From the NCBI GenBank assembly GCA_043806595.1, contig JAZDGU010000012.1, forward strand, positions 1 to 52,391: a DNA stretch of 52,391 bases. Direction: 5' to 3'. A program made the translations under genes and the position numbers. This document shows positions 39,644 to 49,502 of this stretch, one piece after another. Position 1 is the stretch's first letter; every line of letters begins with the position of its first letter. This DNA comes from Candidatus Micrarchaeota archaeon. GTDB lineage: Archaea > Micrarchaeota > Micrarchaeia > Norongarragalinales > SBBD01. Under the pieces are notes generated by a model. It was given only the letters and a program-made list of their open reading frames with translations. It did not search any database and was not told where the DNA came from.

Positions 39644-40372
39644 TCAGACGAATTTCCTAGTAATCTCGGCGGCCTTCTCAAAGCCCTTCAGTACTGCATC
39701 CATGGAGGACTTGCCGTCGCGGTAGAGCTGCTTGTCGAGCATTTCCTCCTTCCTGCCGCCGGGCCAGATGCGCCAGCTGTTGTTCGTGATGTCGTCGCCG
39801 ATGAGCAGCGTGCCGTCGGCGGTCCTGCCGTACTCGACCTTGAGGTCGACGAGCGCGATATGCTGCTTGGCGAACGCCTTCTCCAAATCCTTGAACACGC
39901 GGAGGCTGAGGTTGCGTATTGCCTGGAGCTCGGCGTGGCCGGCGACGCCGAGGGCCTGCGCGTGGCCGTCGTTGATGAACGGGTCGTGGCGGCTGTCGTC
40001 CTTGAGGAACAGCTCGAACATCAGCGGGTCGAAGCGTTGGCCCTCCTGGAACGGCAGGCGCTTGACGAGCGACCCCGTGGCTATCCTGCGGGTGACGCAC
40101 TCCAGGGGGATCATCTTCATCCTGCGGACGACGAGGTAGTTGTCCTCGGGCGCCGCGACCATGTGCGAGGGCACGCCCTTCTTCTCGAGGTAGGAAAAGA
40201 CGTTCCTCGTCGTCTCCCAGTCGCACCTTCCCTTGCCCGAGAGGACGTCGTGCTTGGCGCCGTCTCCGGCGGTGATGTCGTCCTTGAAGAAGAGCACCGC
40301 GAGCGTCGCGTCGGACGGGTGCGCGTAGATGACCTTGGTCTTGCCCTCCGCGATCTTCGAACCGAGTTCCAT
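39644..40372 (-). CDS. purC: SAICAR synthetase
   Basis: EGKTK, KDDITAGDG, RRIATGS, KDD..HDP, LVDLKVEYG and DKQLYRD. Confidence 0.95.
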   Translation of the reverse strand: MELGSKIAEGKTKVIYAHPSDATLAVLFFKDDITAGDGAKHDVLSGKGRCDWETTRNVFSYLEKKGVPSHMVAAPEDNYLVVRRMKMIPLECVTRRIATGSLVKRLPFQEGQRFDPLMFELFLKDDSRHDPFINDGHAQALGVAGHAELQAIRNLSLRVFKDLEKAFAKQHIALVDLKVEYGRTADGTLLIGDDITNNSWRIWPGGRKEEMLDKQLYRDGKSSMDAVLKGFEKAAEITRKFV

Positions 40373-40384
40373 GTGAAAAACCAC

Positions 40385-41692
40385 CTATAGAAAAATGATT
40401 TCGCCCCTCTCCGGGCCGACGGACACCGAGGAAACTTTCACTCCCGCCTCCTTCCCGATGAAATCGACGTATTTCTGTGCGTTCTGGGGGAGCGCCCGGA
40501 GTTTCTTGGTCCTGCCCTCGGCAGAAGCGGCGCGCCATTCCCTTGCGGAAACCTCTCCGAAGCCCTTGAACGCGCGGTAGACGGGCTTGGCCCTATCCAG
40601 CGCGATTACGGGGAAGTCCTTCGTCTCCTCGCCGCCGACGTCATAGGCCACCGCGGCCTTGATCTCCTCGAGCCCGGCGAGCACGTCGAGCTTGGTTACA
40701 TGCAGGGCGGTGAAGCCGTTGATTCTCGCGGAATACCTTATCATGGGCAGGTCGAGCCAGCCGACGCGCCTCGGCCTTCCCGTGGTGGTGCCGAACTCGC
40801 GGCCCTGCCCCCGCAGCCTCTCGCCGAGCAGCCCGATGATTTCCGTCGGAAGCGGGCCGTTGCCCACCCGGGTGGTGTACGCCTTGACGACGCCATGCAC
40901 CTCGCCTATTGCGCTTGCCGGGATGCCGACGCTGACTGCCGCTGCAGCAGCCGTGGTGTTGCTGCTGGTGACAAAGGGATAGGTGCCGTAGTTGGCGTCG
41001 AGCATCGTGCCCTGCGCGCCCTCCAGTAAAATCCGTTTCTTCTTTGCCACCGCGCTGGCGACTTCGGCAGAAACATCGCAGGCGTAGGGCGAGAGCTTAT
41101 TTGCGTACTGCGAGTATTCCACCAGGATTGCCTGCTCGTTGAACTCCGGCGGAAGCGAGTAGCCGTAGTAGTTCTGCAGGAGGGTGCGCTTGGGCATATA
41201 GCGCGTGGTGACCTTCGCCTGCATGACGTTGGGGTCCATGATGTCGCACACGCGCAGGCCTGTGCGCGCGGCCTTGTCCTCGTAGCACGGCCCGATTCCG
41301 CGCAATGTAGTGCCGATTTTGTCATGCAAGGCCATTTCCTTCGCGGCGTCGAGCATGCGGTGCCACGGCATGACGACCTGCGCGCGCAGGTCAACGCCAA
41401 GGGTTTCGGGACTGACCGCGTAGCCGGCCTTCTTGAGCTCCTCGACTTCCTTGAAGAAAACCATGGGGTCGAACGCCACCCCCGAGGCAATCAAATTCCT
41501 CTTCCGCTTCTGGACTATTCCGCTCGGAATCAGGTGGAGCTTGATTTCCTTGTCCTTGACCTTGATGGTATGCCCCGCATTTGCCCCGCCGTTGAAGCGC
41601 ACCACAATGTCGTGCCGCTCGGCGAGGGTGTCGACAATCTTGCCCTTGCCCTCGTCCCCGAACTGCGCGCCTATGACTGCAAGAACAGGCAT
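40385..41692 (-). CDS. purA: Adenylosuccinate synthetase
   Basis: QFGDEGKGK, GGANAGHT, HLIPSG, LEGAQG, GTYPFVTSS, EFGTTTGRPRR and TKLDVL. Confidence 0.97.
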   Translation of the reverse strand: MPVLAVIGAQFGDEGKGKIVDTLAERHDIVVRFNGGANAGHTIKVKDKEIKLHLIPSGIVQKRKRNLIASGVAFDPMVFFKEVEELKKAGYAVSPETLGVDLRAQVVMPWHRMLDAAKEMALHDKIGTTLRGIGPCYEDKAARTGLRVCDIMDPNVMQAKVTTRYMPKRTLLQNYYGYSLPPEFNEQAILVEYSQYANKLSPYACDVSAEVASAVAKKKRILLEGAQGTMLDANYGTYPFVTSSNTTAAAAAVSVGIPASAIGEVHGVVKAYTTRVGNGPLPTEIIGLLGERLRGQGREFGTTTGRPRRVGWLDLPMIRYSARINGFTALHVTKLDVLAGLEEIKAAVAYDVGGEETKDFPVIALDRAKPVYRAFKGFGEVSAREWRAASAEGRTKKLRALPQNAQKYVDFIGKEAGVKVSSVSVGPERGEIIFL

Positions 41693-41856
41693 GTGGAGTC
41701 CCCCGGGTAAAGAAGAGGAAAGAGGGATTAAAAAGCGCTTCGACGTGTTCGGAATAAAAAGCGAATCTGGCTAATCGCGGGTTAAGCGGCGCTGGATTAT
41801 AGGTCCGATGAAAATTTTTTCTTTCTCAACCTGCGGGACACCAGCAATATCCCCCC

Positions 41857-44800
41857 CTAGCAGCTCTGCCTCGCGGCCTGGTGCCACAACGCCTGCAACA
41901 CCTGCGCGCCGTCATACAGGTAGTAGGTGAACTTCGTATCCGCGTCCGTCTCCTGCTTCTTCACGCGGTTGCCCGCCTCGTCGTACCAGTAACGCTCGCA
42001 GCCGCCGTCCCCGTAAGCCACGTGCTCCAGCCTCCCGTCCGTATCATAATAGAAGCTTGTGATGGCGCCGCCGCAATTCTGGCTGCTCACCTCGCCGTTC
42101 AAGGTATACTGGTAGGAGCACGTGCCGTCGTTCTCCAGGCGGTTCTTCTTCTGCACGTTGTACTGGTAGGTGTATTGCGTGCCCGCGATGTTCGCAGACT
42201 GCCGGTTGCCCGCGCTGTCGTAGGTATACGTCTGGTCGCCGCCGTAGTAGTCAGATGGAACGCCGTTCAACGTAACCGTCTGGCTGTCCACCCTCTTCAG
42301 CCGGTACAGCTGGTCATAGTAGAAGTCGGCTGCCTTGTAGGCCGGCGCAATCGGACCGACATAGAGCGACTTGATGTTCGCAGCAGGGTCGTACTCGTAA
42401 GACTCCTGGAACATGGCAAGGCCATCCTTCCCGACATACTGCTCGCGAAGAAGGTAGCGCGGGTTATAGCTGAAAATTGCGCCTACCCCGTTGGAATACG
42501 TCTCCGTCTGGAGCAAGCCCTCCGGCAGGTAGGCGTAGGCAATCTGGGTCGCCTGCTGGCCGTTCCGGTCGTTTATCGCCGAAGACTGCATGCGCCCGAG
42601 CAAGTCGTACTGCTGCGTCCACGTCGAATACGGGACGGGCTGTGTTGGATACTGCCAAGCGAAACGGCTGGGGTACTTCGTGGAATTCCTGTGGCCGGCC
42701 TCGTCGTAATCGTAGAAGAACTCCCACGTCTTCGGCCTGTAACCCTGCGAGTTCAACGCGGAATCAAAGCGCGTGACTTCCGCCGCCGAAACCGACCCGT
42801 CGTGGTCGAAGTCGAAGAACGGGTTGTAGCAGCGGCTCGTGGACGCGATCGGCGCAGACTGGCAGGCGGTCATCGCCGTGCGGGAAGCCTGGTCGGCAGC
42901 GTCGACCTTGCCATCGCCGGTGATATCAGGACAGCCGAAGGCGTAATCCCCGTAGCCGCACGAGCCGTGGAAGAAAGTCTTCTTCGAGCGCACCTGCCCG
43001 CGCGCGTCGTACAGGTATTCCGTGATCGTCGAAGGCGTGCTCACGAAGTGCAGCCTGCCAGTGAGATTCGCCGTCGGATGCCCGTAATTGTCGTACGTGT
43101 AGAAGAAGTTCTTGCGCTGGTCCGTATCGGAATACCTGACCTTCGTCATGCGGTTGAGGGCGTCATAGGCGTAGTTCGTCACTATGCCGTTCCTGTTGCG
43201 CGTGAGCATGTTGCCGTTGTTGTCGTACGTGGATTCGGAATAGCCGATGTCCGGGTTCTCGACTCGCCGCACGCGGCCCAGGTTGTCGTAGTAATACGTC
43301 GTGACCAGGCCGTTGGGGTCGGTCACCGTGGTCTTCCTGCCGAGGATGTCGTAGGCGGAAGACGTCGTCGCCCACTGCTCGGGCGAGCCTCCGGGGTTCA
43401 GGAGACGCTTGACTTCCACGACGCGGCCGAACTTGTCGGACTTCGCCGTCGTGACGTTGCCTGCAGTGTCGACGCCGATGCCGAGGAAGTACTGCTTATT
43501 GGCATCTGCGTAAGACTGCTCCGAATATGCTGCGTTCTGGGGCAGGTAACGGCCGTTTATCGAAATCGTGCCGCTCATGAGGGCGCCCAAAAGGTAAGTT
43601 CTGTCAGTCGTCAGAAACACGTAATCTTCGGAAGAGCCCCGGCACCGGAACAACAGCGGGTCGTCGCCGGGATAATTAGGCACTAGCCCGTTGAAGTTGC
43701 TTCCATCCATCAGAAACGCATCCAAGGTCGAGCTCGTGCACGACACCGTGTAATAGCCCGGCTTGGTGACGGAAAACGTGGCGGTAATGTACAAGGGAAT
43801 CCAAGAGTTTCCGGTTGCCGAACGCGAGAAGGATTCCGCAATGGACCAAGTCGGAGTCACGCCGACGGGCACGGAATAGCGCACGGCCCCGAGGGGATCC
43901 TTGCGGAAGACGGAAAGCGTGCTCTTCGCCGGATCAAGCGGATCCGACTCAAGCCGCGGCAGGTAGGAGCGCTCGGGCAGCCCAAGGAGAGGGTGATACG
44001 AGGTTTCAGTAATTATGTCCGGACCGTTGGGGTCCGCCAGTACGTTGCGCAAGTTGCGTCCCAGGCCGTCGAATTTGGCCGACGTATTCACCCACGTGCG
44101 GTAATTCGCATAAATGCTCCACTTGAGAAGCTGCGAATTGTTGACCTCGTTGAGGTTGACAAGGGAGAGCGGCTGACTTGTTTCAGAATACATTCTATAG
44201 AAGTGCACCTTCGTGGAATACGGGTCCTTGCCAAAAGGTGCGGGCGGCGCTTCGTATTTCAGTCGGAACTTGTGGTCGTAGGCGAAGCGTGACTCCTGAG
44301 AATTGGGGCCGATAATGTTTGTGACAAGGCCGTAGAAGTTGTTTTGGTTGTAGGCATATTTCGTAAGTTGCCCAAACGGGTTCTCGGTGCAGGTAAGCAA
44401 AGTGTGGCTATAGAGGAAACCGGTCTGGGAACATTCTCCGTAGGTATTGTCACTGAAATATGCCTTGGATGGTGGCGAACTGTCCTGGATCGCCTTTGCG
44501 TCTTTGAATTCTATGACATTCCCGAAATTGTCGAATTTTGTGTTCTCTGATGTCTTCACCAGATCAGATTCCCTGAAAAGTGACGAGTCCTTCTTTTGCC
44601 ATGAGTACTCGGCAAATGGGCGGTAGTAGATGCCGCTTGCATCGAAGCAGTCCCCGGCAGCGGTATACTTACAATAGCTCGTACGCGACAAGGAGTAGAG
44701 GTAAGCCGGAGTTTCAAATGTGTCGTATACCCTGGTTTCATAGACCGGAAGGTACAAATGGTGGGGGTTGTCTGGCTGGGACTCGAGCATCCCAGGGTAG

Positions 44801-47800
44801 TTCTGGAATGCGAAATCTGTCTGGACGATACGGTTGGCGCCGTTGGAACCGTACTCGGTTATTTTTGCTGGTGAAGCGGCCATGGCGCTCCGCTCGTCAT
44901 ACGTATAGTCGGTTCGGCTCTCCAACCCGTTTTGGACTGTTCTGACCGAGTCCGTTTTCAGCCACTCGGCTACAAGCTGCGGGTCGTTGTTTACGTCGAG
45001 GCGGGCGGGGTGCGGCTCGGGGAATATTGAGAACGTACTCGTCGTGTTCCCGACAAGCACGAAGCTGCTCGAATAATAGATCGTGCTTTTCTCAATTCCC
45101 CTCATGATGTCGTTGTCTTTCATTCCGGAGAACCGGCGGTCGGGGGCTACGTCGAGGATGTCGCACTGGTTGTTCCCGTCCGTATCCGGACAGCATGCAT
45201 CGACGGTAATCTGGTTCATTGTAGACAACAGGAAGTCCTCGTTGTTGTCGTTGTCCACATAAACTTTGGTATAAGACGGCTGGTCGTTTCCTTCAAAATT
45301 TTCCCTGAAGAAACCGATGCATGCGGTCGTATCGGATCCGCACCGGTATTCGGCTTGGATGGGATCGCCAACGGTTACGTCGAAACTTCCACATAGAACT
45401 GGATTTAGTAAACCGCAAAAGAACTTCAACCGAAATCTCGTGTTCTTGGGGGCGGTAAACATTGTCGGGTAGTTGAAATTGATGCCGAACCGGTTCATTG
45501 CGTTGTCAAACGTGCGGGAGTACACGCCTACGGGCTTTCCTTCCCCGAACGCGATACTTGGCAGCTGGACGCCGCCGGTATTCGGATAATCCTCGGCGGT
45601 GGTGAACTTGTGAACTATGTATCCGAAGGGAGCCGTTTGGGTCGCCTCGTCAAAACCGGTTATCTCCGTCACCGTCCCGTATCCCACGTAGGCGCCCGAC
45701 TGGGGCGAGCCGAAAAATAGCTTATCGTCAAGCGAATGATAGGGCGTGAACCCCGGCGGTTCGTTGGTCGCTACGCCGCTTGAGTCCCCGGGCACGTTTT
45801 CCTGGCTGATTCCGTCGTTTTCAGAAAGCGTAAAGGGTTTCCGGTTGTATAGGTATTTCGTCGTGTAGCAGCCGCCAAGCCCGTCGCAGTTCTTCACTCG
45901 TTCAACCCTCAGGCCGCCGCCGTAGTGCGTGTCGTTGGCCTCGATCGTGAAAGACCCCGGTAGGCTATACGGGCTTGCGTTCCAGGAATTGAGCTTGGTG
46001 TAGCGGTCGCTTTCGTAATAATATTGGGTCCAGCCTCCGGTCGGCCAGGTCACCTTCGTAAGCGACCATGCGCTCGGAATCGAGCGCGTCCAGCCGGCTT
46101 CAGCGCCAGCCAGGTTCCGATAGTTGGACGAGTCACAGTAGTAGCAGTAATAGCCCCAGCGGTCAACCTTGTCAACCGACCAAAGCGGATTGTCTCCGGA
46201 GCCTCCGGCTGCGCCATTGGCGTATTCAAAAGCGTACTTGCTTGAAAAATAGGCGTGGTCGTAAAGCGAAATGCTGCGGAGCGTCAAGCGGCCGTGACCG
46301 GAAGCGTCGGAGTCCGGAGAGTTTTGCATCAGATCGTAATAATTGTTGTCGAAAACGACTTTCTTCAATTCGACGGGGGCGTAGGACCCGTTCGGAGCAT
46401 AGTTCTTATAATATAGAATTATCGAAGACAGGCGGGCCGGATGTCTGGTGCCGGAAAACTCCTTGGCGTCAAGCCGGTCGAAAACGTAATTGAATTCGGC
46501 GTAATGCGTCGGAGTTTCGATTCTGCTGAGCCGCTTTGTCTTGGAAAAAGATTCCGACCACGCCTTGCGGCCGCTGGCCCCGGTAATGCACTGGCTTGTC
46601 TCGTAAGGCGAGCGGGAATGCGTAATGTCGACTGCCTGGTCGTAAGCGTATGAAATAACGATTTTACTGCCTTTGCTATCCGTGCCGTCGCTGTCATACG
46701 AGCGGACTTCAGTCAAGCCGAAAGTCGTCGGATAGTTCCAAAGGAACTTGTTATATACATAAAGGTCGGACGTTCCCGCGCAGTTGTCGTAGGCGTCGGA
46801 ATAATCGGCATTGGAATACGTGGCGGTTCCAATCCCTTCAACGGAAGGGACTATCTTCCAGGCCGTTGGCTGGTAGAGGTATTTCAGACCGTTGGGCGCT
46901 ATCACAGTAAAGTTCGTATACTGCCCTTTCCCTGCCGAACTGTCGTCCCTGTCCACGAAAACAAAAAACGAGTCCTGGCAGTTGCTGTAAAACCCGGATT
47001 GAGCCAGGCAGCCGTCGTTGTTTTCAATGCTGGTCGTATGGCCGCCGGCCTTCTGGAAGTGGAATTTCAAATGGGTGTCGTCGCCCTGCGGTTCAAGAAG
47101 CATGAGCCTGCCTCCCGCATAGTCGCCTGACATGGTGTAGATGTCTGGAGAGTTAAAATCATGCCCGGACTTCACTCCCGCTCCGGCCTCGTCCCTCCAT
47201 GAGAAGCCGTCCAGGCGGAAAGGGTTGTCCTGGTTGGGGTCGTTGTCAGTGGCATAATCCGAAAAATGTTCGCTATTGTATCCATATGCATTCAGGCCTG
47301 CCTCGAACGCGTGGGTGAGAAAAATGCCTAGATTCCCGACATGATCTGGTACCAAAACACCAGCACTGTTTTTTTTCGATGCGGAGAGGCTGGGCGGATT
47401 ACCCATAAGGGCGGCCATGAAGTTGCCGAAATGGAACTGAGCGTTATCGTTGTTAGTGGCCAATTTATGGAAATTCAGGAAGTTTGCATCACCCGTATCG
47501 CCATTGCACGAGGCGCACCAGTCGTCAGGAACGCCAACAACGTCCCGCGTAATAGCCCCCGTGGAAAGGCTCCAGCCGAGGCCGATCGGCGAAGCCTGCT
47601 GGTCGACGAGGATGCCCGCGGAATAATGGAGCGAAATCGGGTAGTCGAGTCCCCCGCGGCCTGGCACGGTAAAGAGAGGGACGTCAAGGCCCATGTCGCC
47701 CGTGTGGAGGTTGACGCCGTTGCTCGACGCATACTGCTGGACGGTCGCGGGCTTGGGGTCGGGCGCGACGACAGCGGAGGCGAAAACCGGCACGAGAAGC

Positions 47801-47850
47801 AGCAGCGCCGCTACCGCAAGCCAGAAGGAACAGATGCTAGAATTACCCAT
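41857..47850 (-). CDS. Secreted RHS/YD-repeat protein (~1997 aa), C-terminally truncated (no RHS core or toxin tip)
   Basis: GGGGTGA RBS before ATG 47850 and a signal peptide. N-terminal VNL.TG...PISL.Y.AG....ASPIGLGWSL motif and many YD..GR/YD..GN repeats. Stops after YLYDG. Confidence 0.85.
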   Translation of the reverse strand: MGNSSICSFWLAVAALLLLVPVFASAVVAPDPKPATVQQYASSNGVNLHTGDMGLDVPLFTVPGRGGLDYPISLHYSAGILVDQQASPIGLGWSLSTGAITRDVVGVPDDWCASCNGDTGDANFLNFHKLATNNDNAQFHFGNFMAALMGNPPSLSASKKNSAGVLVPDHVGNLGIFLTHAFEAGLNAYGYNSEHFSDYATDNDPNQDNPFRLDGFSWRDEAGAGVKSGHDFNSPDIYTMSGDYAGGRLMLLEPQGDDTHLKFHFQKAGGHTTSIENNDGCLAQSGFYSNCQDSFFVFVDRDDSSAGKGQYTNFTVIAPNGLKYLYQPTAWKIVPSVEGIGTATYSNADYSDAYDNCAGTSDLYVYNKFLWNYPTTFGLTEVRSYDSDGTDSKGSKIVISYAYDQAVDITHSRSPYETSQCITGASGRKAWSESFSKTKRLSRIETPTHYAEFNYVFDRLDAKEFSGTRHPARLSSIILYYKNYAPNGSYAPVELKKVVFDNNYYDLMQNSPDSDASGHGRLTLRSISLYDHAYFSSKYAFEYANGAAGGSGDNPLWSVDKVDRWGYYCYYCDSSNYRNLAGAEAGWTRSIPSAWSLTKVTWPTGGWTQYYYESDRYTKLNSWNASPYSLPGSFTIEANDTHYGGGLRVERVKNCDGLGGCYTTKYLYNRKPFTLSENDGISQENVPGDSSGVATNEPPGFTPYHSLDDKLFFGSPQSGAYVGYGTVTEITGFDEATQTAPFGYIVHKFTTAEDYPNTGGVQLPSIAFGEGKPVGVYSRTFDNAMNRFGINFNYPTMFTAPKNTRFRLKFFCGLLNPVLCGSFDVTVGDPIQAEYRCGSDTTACIGFFRENFEGNDQPSYTKVYVDNDNNEDFLLSTMNQITVDACCPDTDGNNQCDILDVAPDRRFSGMKDNDIMRGIEKSTIYYSSSFVLVGNTTSTFSIFPEPHPARLDVNNDPQLVAEWLKTDSVRTVQNGLESRTDYTYDERSAMAASPAKITEYGSNGANRIVQTDFAFQNYPGMLESQPDNPHHLYLPVYETRVYDTFETPAYLYSLSRTSYCKYTAAGDCFDASGIYYRPFAEYSWQKKDSSLFRESDLVKTSENTKFDNFGNVIEFKDAKAIQDSSPPSKAYFSDNTYGECSQTGFLYSHTLLTCTENPFGQLTKYAYNQNNFYGLVTNIIGPNSQESRFAYDHKFRLKYEAPPAPFGKDPYSTKVHFYRMYSETSQPLSLVNLNEVNNSQLLKWSIYANYRTWVNTSAKFDGLGRNLRNVLADPNGPDIITETSYHPLLGLPERSYLPRLESDPLDPAKSTLSVFRKDPLGAVRYSVPVGVTPTWSIAESFSRSATGNSWIPLYITATFSVTKPGYYTVSCTSSTLDAFLMDGSNFNGLVPNYPGDDPLLFRCRGSSEDYVFLTTDRTYLLGALMSGTISINGRYLPQNAAYSEQSYADANKQYFLGIGVDTAGNVTTAKSDKFGRVVEVKRLLNPGGSPEQWATTSSAYDILGRKTTVTDPNGLVTTYYYDNLGRVRRVENPDIGYSESTYDNNGNMLTRNRNGIVTNYAYDALNRMTKVRYSDTDQRKNFFYTYDNYGHPTANLTGRLHFVSTPSTITEYLYDARGQVRSKKTFFHGSCGYGDYAFGCPDITGDGKVDAADQASRTAMTACQSAPIASTSRCYNPFFDFDHDGSVSAAEVTRFDSALNSQGYRPKTWEFFYDYDEAGHRNSTKYPSRFAWQYPTQPVPYSTWTQQYDLLGRMQSSAINDRNGQQATQIAYAYLPEGLLQTETYSNGVGAIFSYNPRYLLREQYVGKDGLAMFQESYEYDPAANIKSLYVGPIAPAYKAADFYYDQLYRLKRVDSQTVTLNGVPSDYYGGDQTYTYDSAGNRQSANIAGTQYTYQYNVQKKNRLENDGTCSYQYTLNGEVSSQNCGGAITSFYYDTDGRLEHVAYGDGGCERYWYDEAGNRVKKQETDADTKFTYYLYDGAQVLQALWHQAARQSC

Positions 47851-47983
47851 CCCGACGTCACCCCCCTTAATCGTAAGGAATATTGCGGATTTGCAGCTTT
47901 TTAAAACAGTACAGACTGCTTTCGGTGCCCTCAAGAATACTCGCATACTCTTGCAGGAGGGATAGAAATCCAGGCGCAATGGA

Positions 47984-48154
47984 TTAGGAACCGAAGAAAT
48001 CCTTCCTCCACTGCTTGATGCGGACGAACGAGCGCTCGAAAAAGTTCTGCCTCAGGTCGCCCTCCGGCGGCTCCAAATGGTAAACCCGGGACATGAAGTC
48101 GAGGTATTCGGGGTTGTCGACGGAAGGCACCCTCGCGCCGGCGTTCCCCCGCAT
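47984..48154 (-). CDS. Small hypothetical protein (56 aa), missing from the ORF track
   Basis: MRGNAGARVPSVDNPEYLDFMSRVYHLEPPEGDLRQNFFERSFVRIKQWRKDFFGS. TTTTATAA lies about 30 nt upstream, and codons are mostly host-like. Confidence 0.55.
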   Translation of the reverse strand: MRGNAGARVPSVDNPEYLDFMSRVYHLEPPEGDLRQNFFERSFVRIKQWRKDFFGS

Positions 48155-48257
48155 ACGGCTTCAAGGTTATGACGGGCGCAAGCCTTATAAAATCCGTCCT
48201 GCACAAGCGTATTCCGCTGTTTCTAGCCGATTCTTTGAGTGGACTGGGTGAGATTGT

Positions 48258-48443
48258 TTGACCACGAAATGCGAACGCTGCAACAAGGACGCGCACTACC
48301 TCGAGCAGTGCATGGGCTGCAGCAAGTACGCCTGCAAGGCGTGCCAGAAGGCGAGCAAGAGCGCGAGCAAGATTAAGCGCCTCGTCATCTGCAAGGACTG
48401 CTGGACTGCCATACCCAAGCGCCGCAAGTGGGAGCAGGCCTGA
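48258..48443 (+). CDS. Small Cys-rich zinc-finger protein (four CxxC)
   Basis: CERC, CMGC, CKAC and CKDC. GGGTGAG RBS before a TTG start, with strong GC3 bias. Confidence 0.8.
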   Translation: MTTKCERCNKDAHYLEQCMGCSKYACKACQKASKSASKIKRLVICKDCWTAIPKRRKWEQA

Positions 48444-48446
48444 GAA

Positions 48447-49208
48447 ATGCTCGAGCTTTTCGTGCTGGCGGCCGGCGTGCTTGCCGGAATCGCTTCCGCT
48501 CTCTTCGGCATAGGGGGAGCGGTGGTCGCGATACCCATCCTCTATCTTCTTTTACATGTCCCGGCGCAGACCGCGGTCGGGACGGCCATCGTCCTCGTCG
48601 TGCTTAATTCCGCGCTGGGCGCCTACAGGTACGGCAGGAAGGGGCTGGTCGACAGGCGGTTTGCCTTGCTCGCCGGCCCTGCCGGGATTGTCTTTGCCTT
48701 GTCCGGGGCCTGGCTCAATGAAGGCGCAAGCCAGGCCGCGGTCGCGTACGGCGTCGCCCTCGTGACGATACTGTTTGCAGGACTCTCCTTCTACGGCGAG
48801 AGGTTCAAGCGCATGAAGTGGGCGCAGGCGGCGCGGCTGAAGAGGAGGTATGCGGTGACCCTCGGGGCGTTCGTGGGCCTCGTGAACGGCTTCACGGGAA
48901 TCGGGGGCGGCGCGGCCCTGACTTCAATGCTGGGCTCGGTGTTCGGGAAGACCCAACACGAGGCCGTCGCAACCTCGCTTGCCACGATTTTCATATTCGC
49001 GGTGCCGGGCGCGCTCGCGCACCTCGCGCTCGGGAACACGGACGCAGCGCTGCTCATACCCCTGCTCGCCGGCGGCCTGATCGGCTCACAGGTCGGGGTT
49101 AGCTTGGGGCTTAAAACCGGCGGGGCGAGGCTGAGGAAGGCGACCGCGTTCTTCTTCCTCCTGCTCGGGGTATGGCTGGCGCTCTCGCAGTATTTGAAGG
49201 CGGGCTGA
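48447..49208 (+). CDS. TauE/SafE (sulfite exporter, TSUP) family membrane protein
   Basis: Duplicated LFGIGGA / FTGIGGG motifs, AVGT and AVATSL, about 8 TM helices. Confidence 0.9.
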   Translation: MLELFVLAAGVLAGIASALFGIGGAVVAIPILYLLLHVPAQTAVGTAIVLVVLNSALGAYRYGRKGLVDRRFALLAGPAGIVFALSGAWLNEGASQAAVAYGVALVTILFAGLSFYGERFKRMKWAQAARLKRRYAVTLGAFVGLVNGFTGIGGGAALTSMLGSVFGKTQHEAVATSLATIFIFAVPGALAHLALGNTDAALLIPLLAGGLIGSQVGVSLGLKTGGARLRKATAFFFLLLGVWLALSQYLKAG

Positions 49209-49232
49209 AGGGAAAATAAAGAAAAGGAAAAA

Positions 49233-49376
49233 TCAGGCCTTGCCCAGTATCTTGAACATCGAAGTGCCGCACTTCACGCACTTGCCCTTTGCTGCCTTCA
49301 TGCCGTTCTTCATGATGACTTCCTTGACGTCCTTCATCTCGCGGTCCTCCTTGCACTTCATGCATCTTCCGTTCAT
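49233..49376 (-). CDS. Small basic Zn-ribbon protein (47 aa, DUF5679-like), missing from the ORF track
   Basis: MNGRCMKCKEDREMKDVKEVIMKNGMKAAKGKCVKCGTSMFKILGKA. GGTGAT RBS, TATA at about 49425-49432 and a T-rich terminator downstream on the minus strand. Confidence 0.85.
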   Translation of the reverse strand: MNGRCMKCKEDREMKDVKEVIMKNGMKAAKGKCVKCGTSMFKILGKA

Positions 49377-49502
49377 CTTATCACCCAAATCTAAAACGTT
49401 CGGAATACTGCAACCACTATCTTCTTTTAAAACCGATTGTTTCGGCGCGCCGGCGAACTTTTAATAAAACAACAGTACCTTGTGATGCGGGGTTGAGGGG
49501 GA

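Noticed and set aside
41700..41860. Frameshifted continuation of the RHS core or an immunity gene
   Set aside because: The spacer is only about 165 nt, contains stops and the purA promoter, and shows no RHS core motifs.
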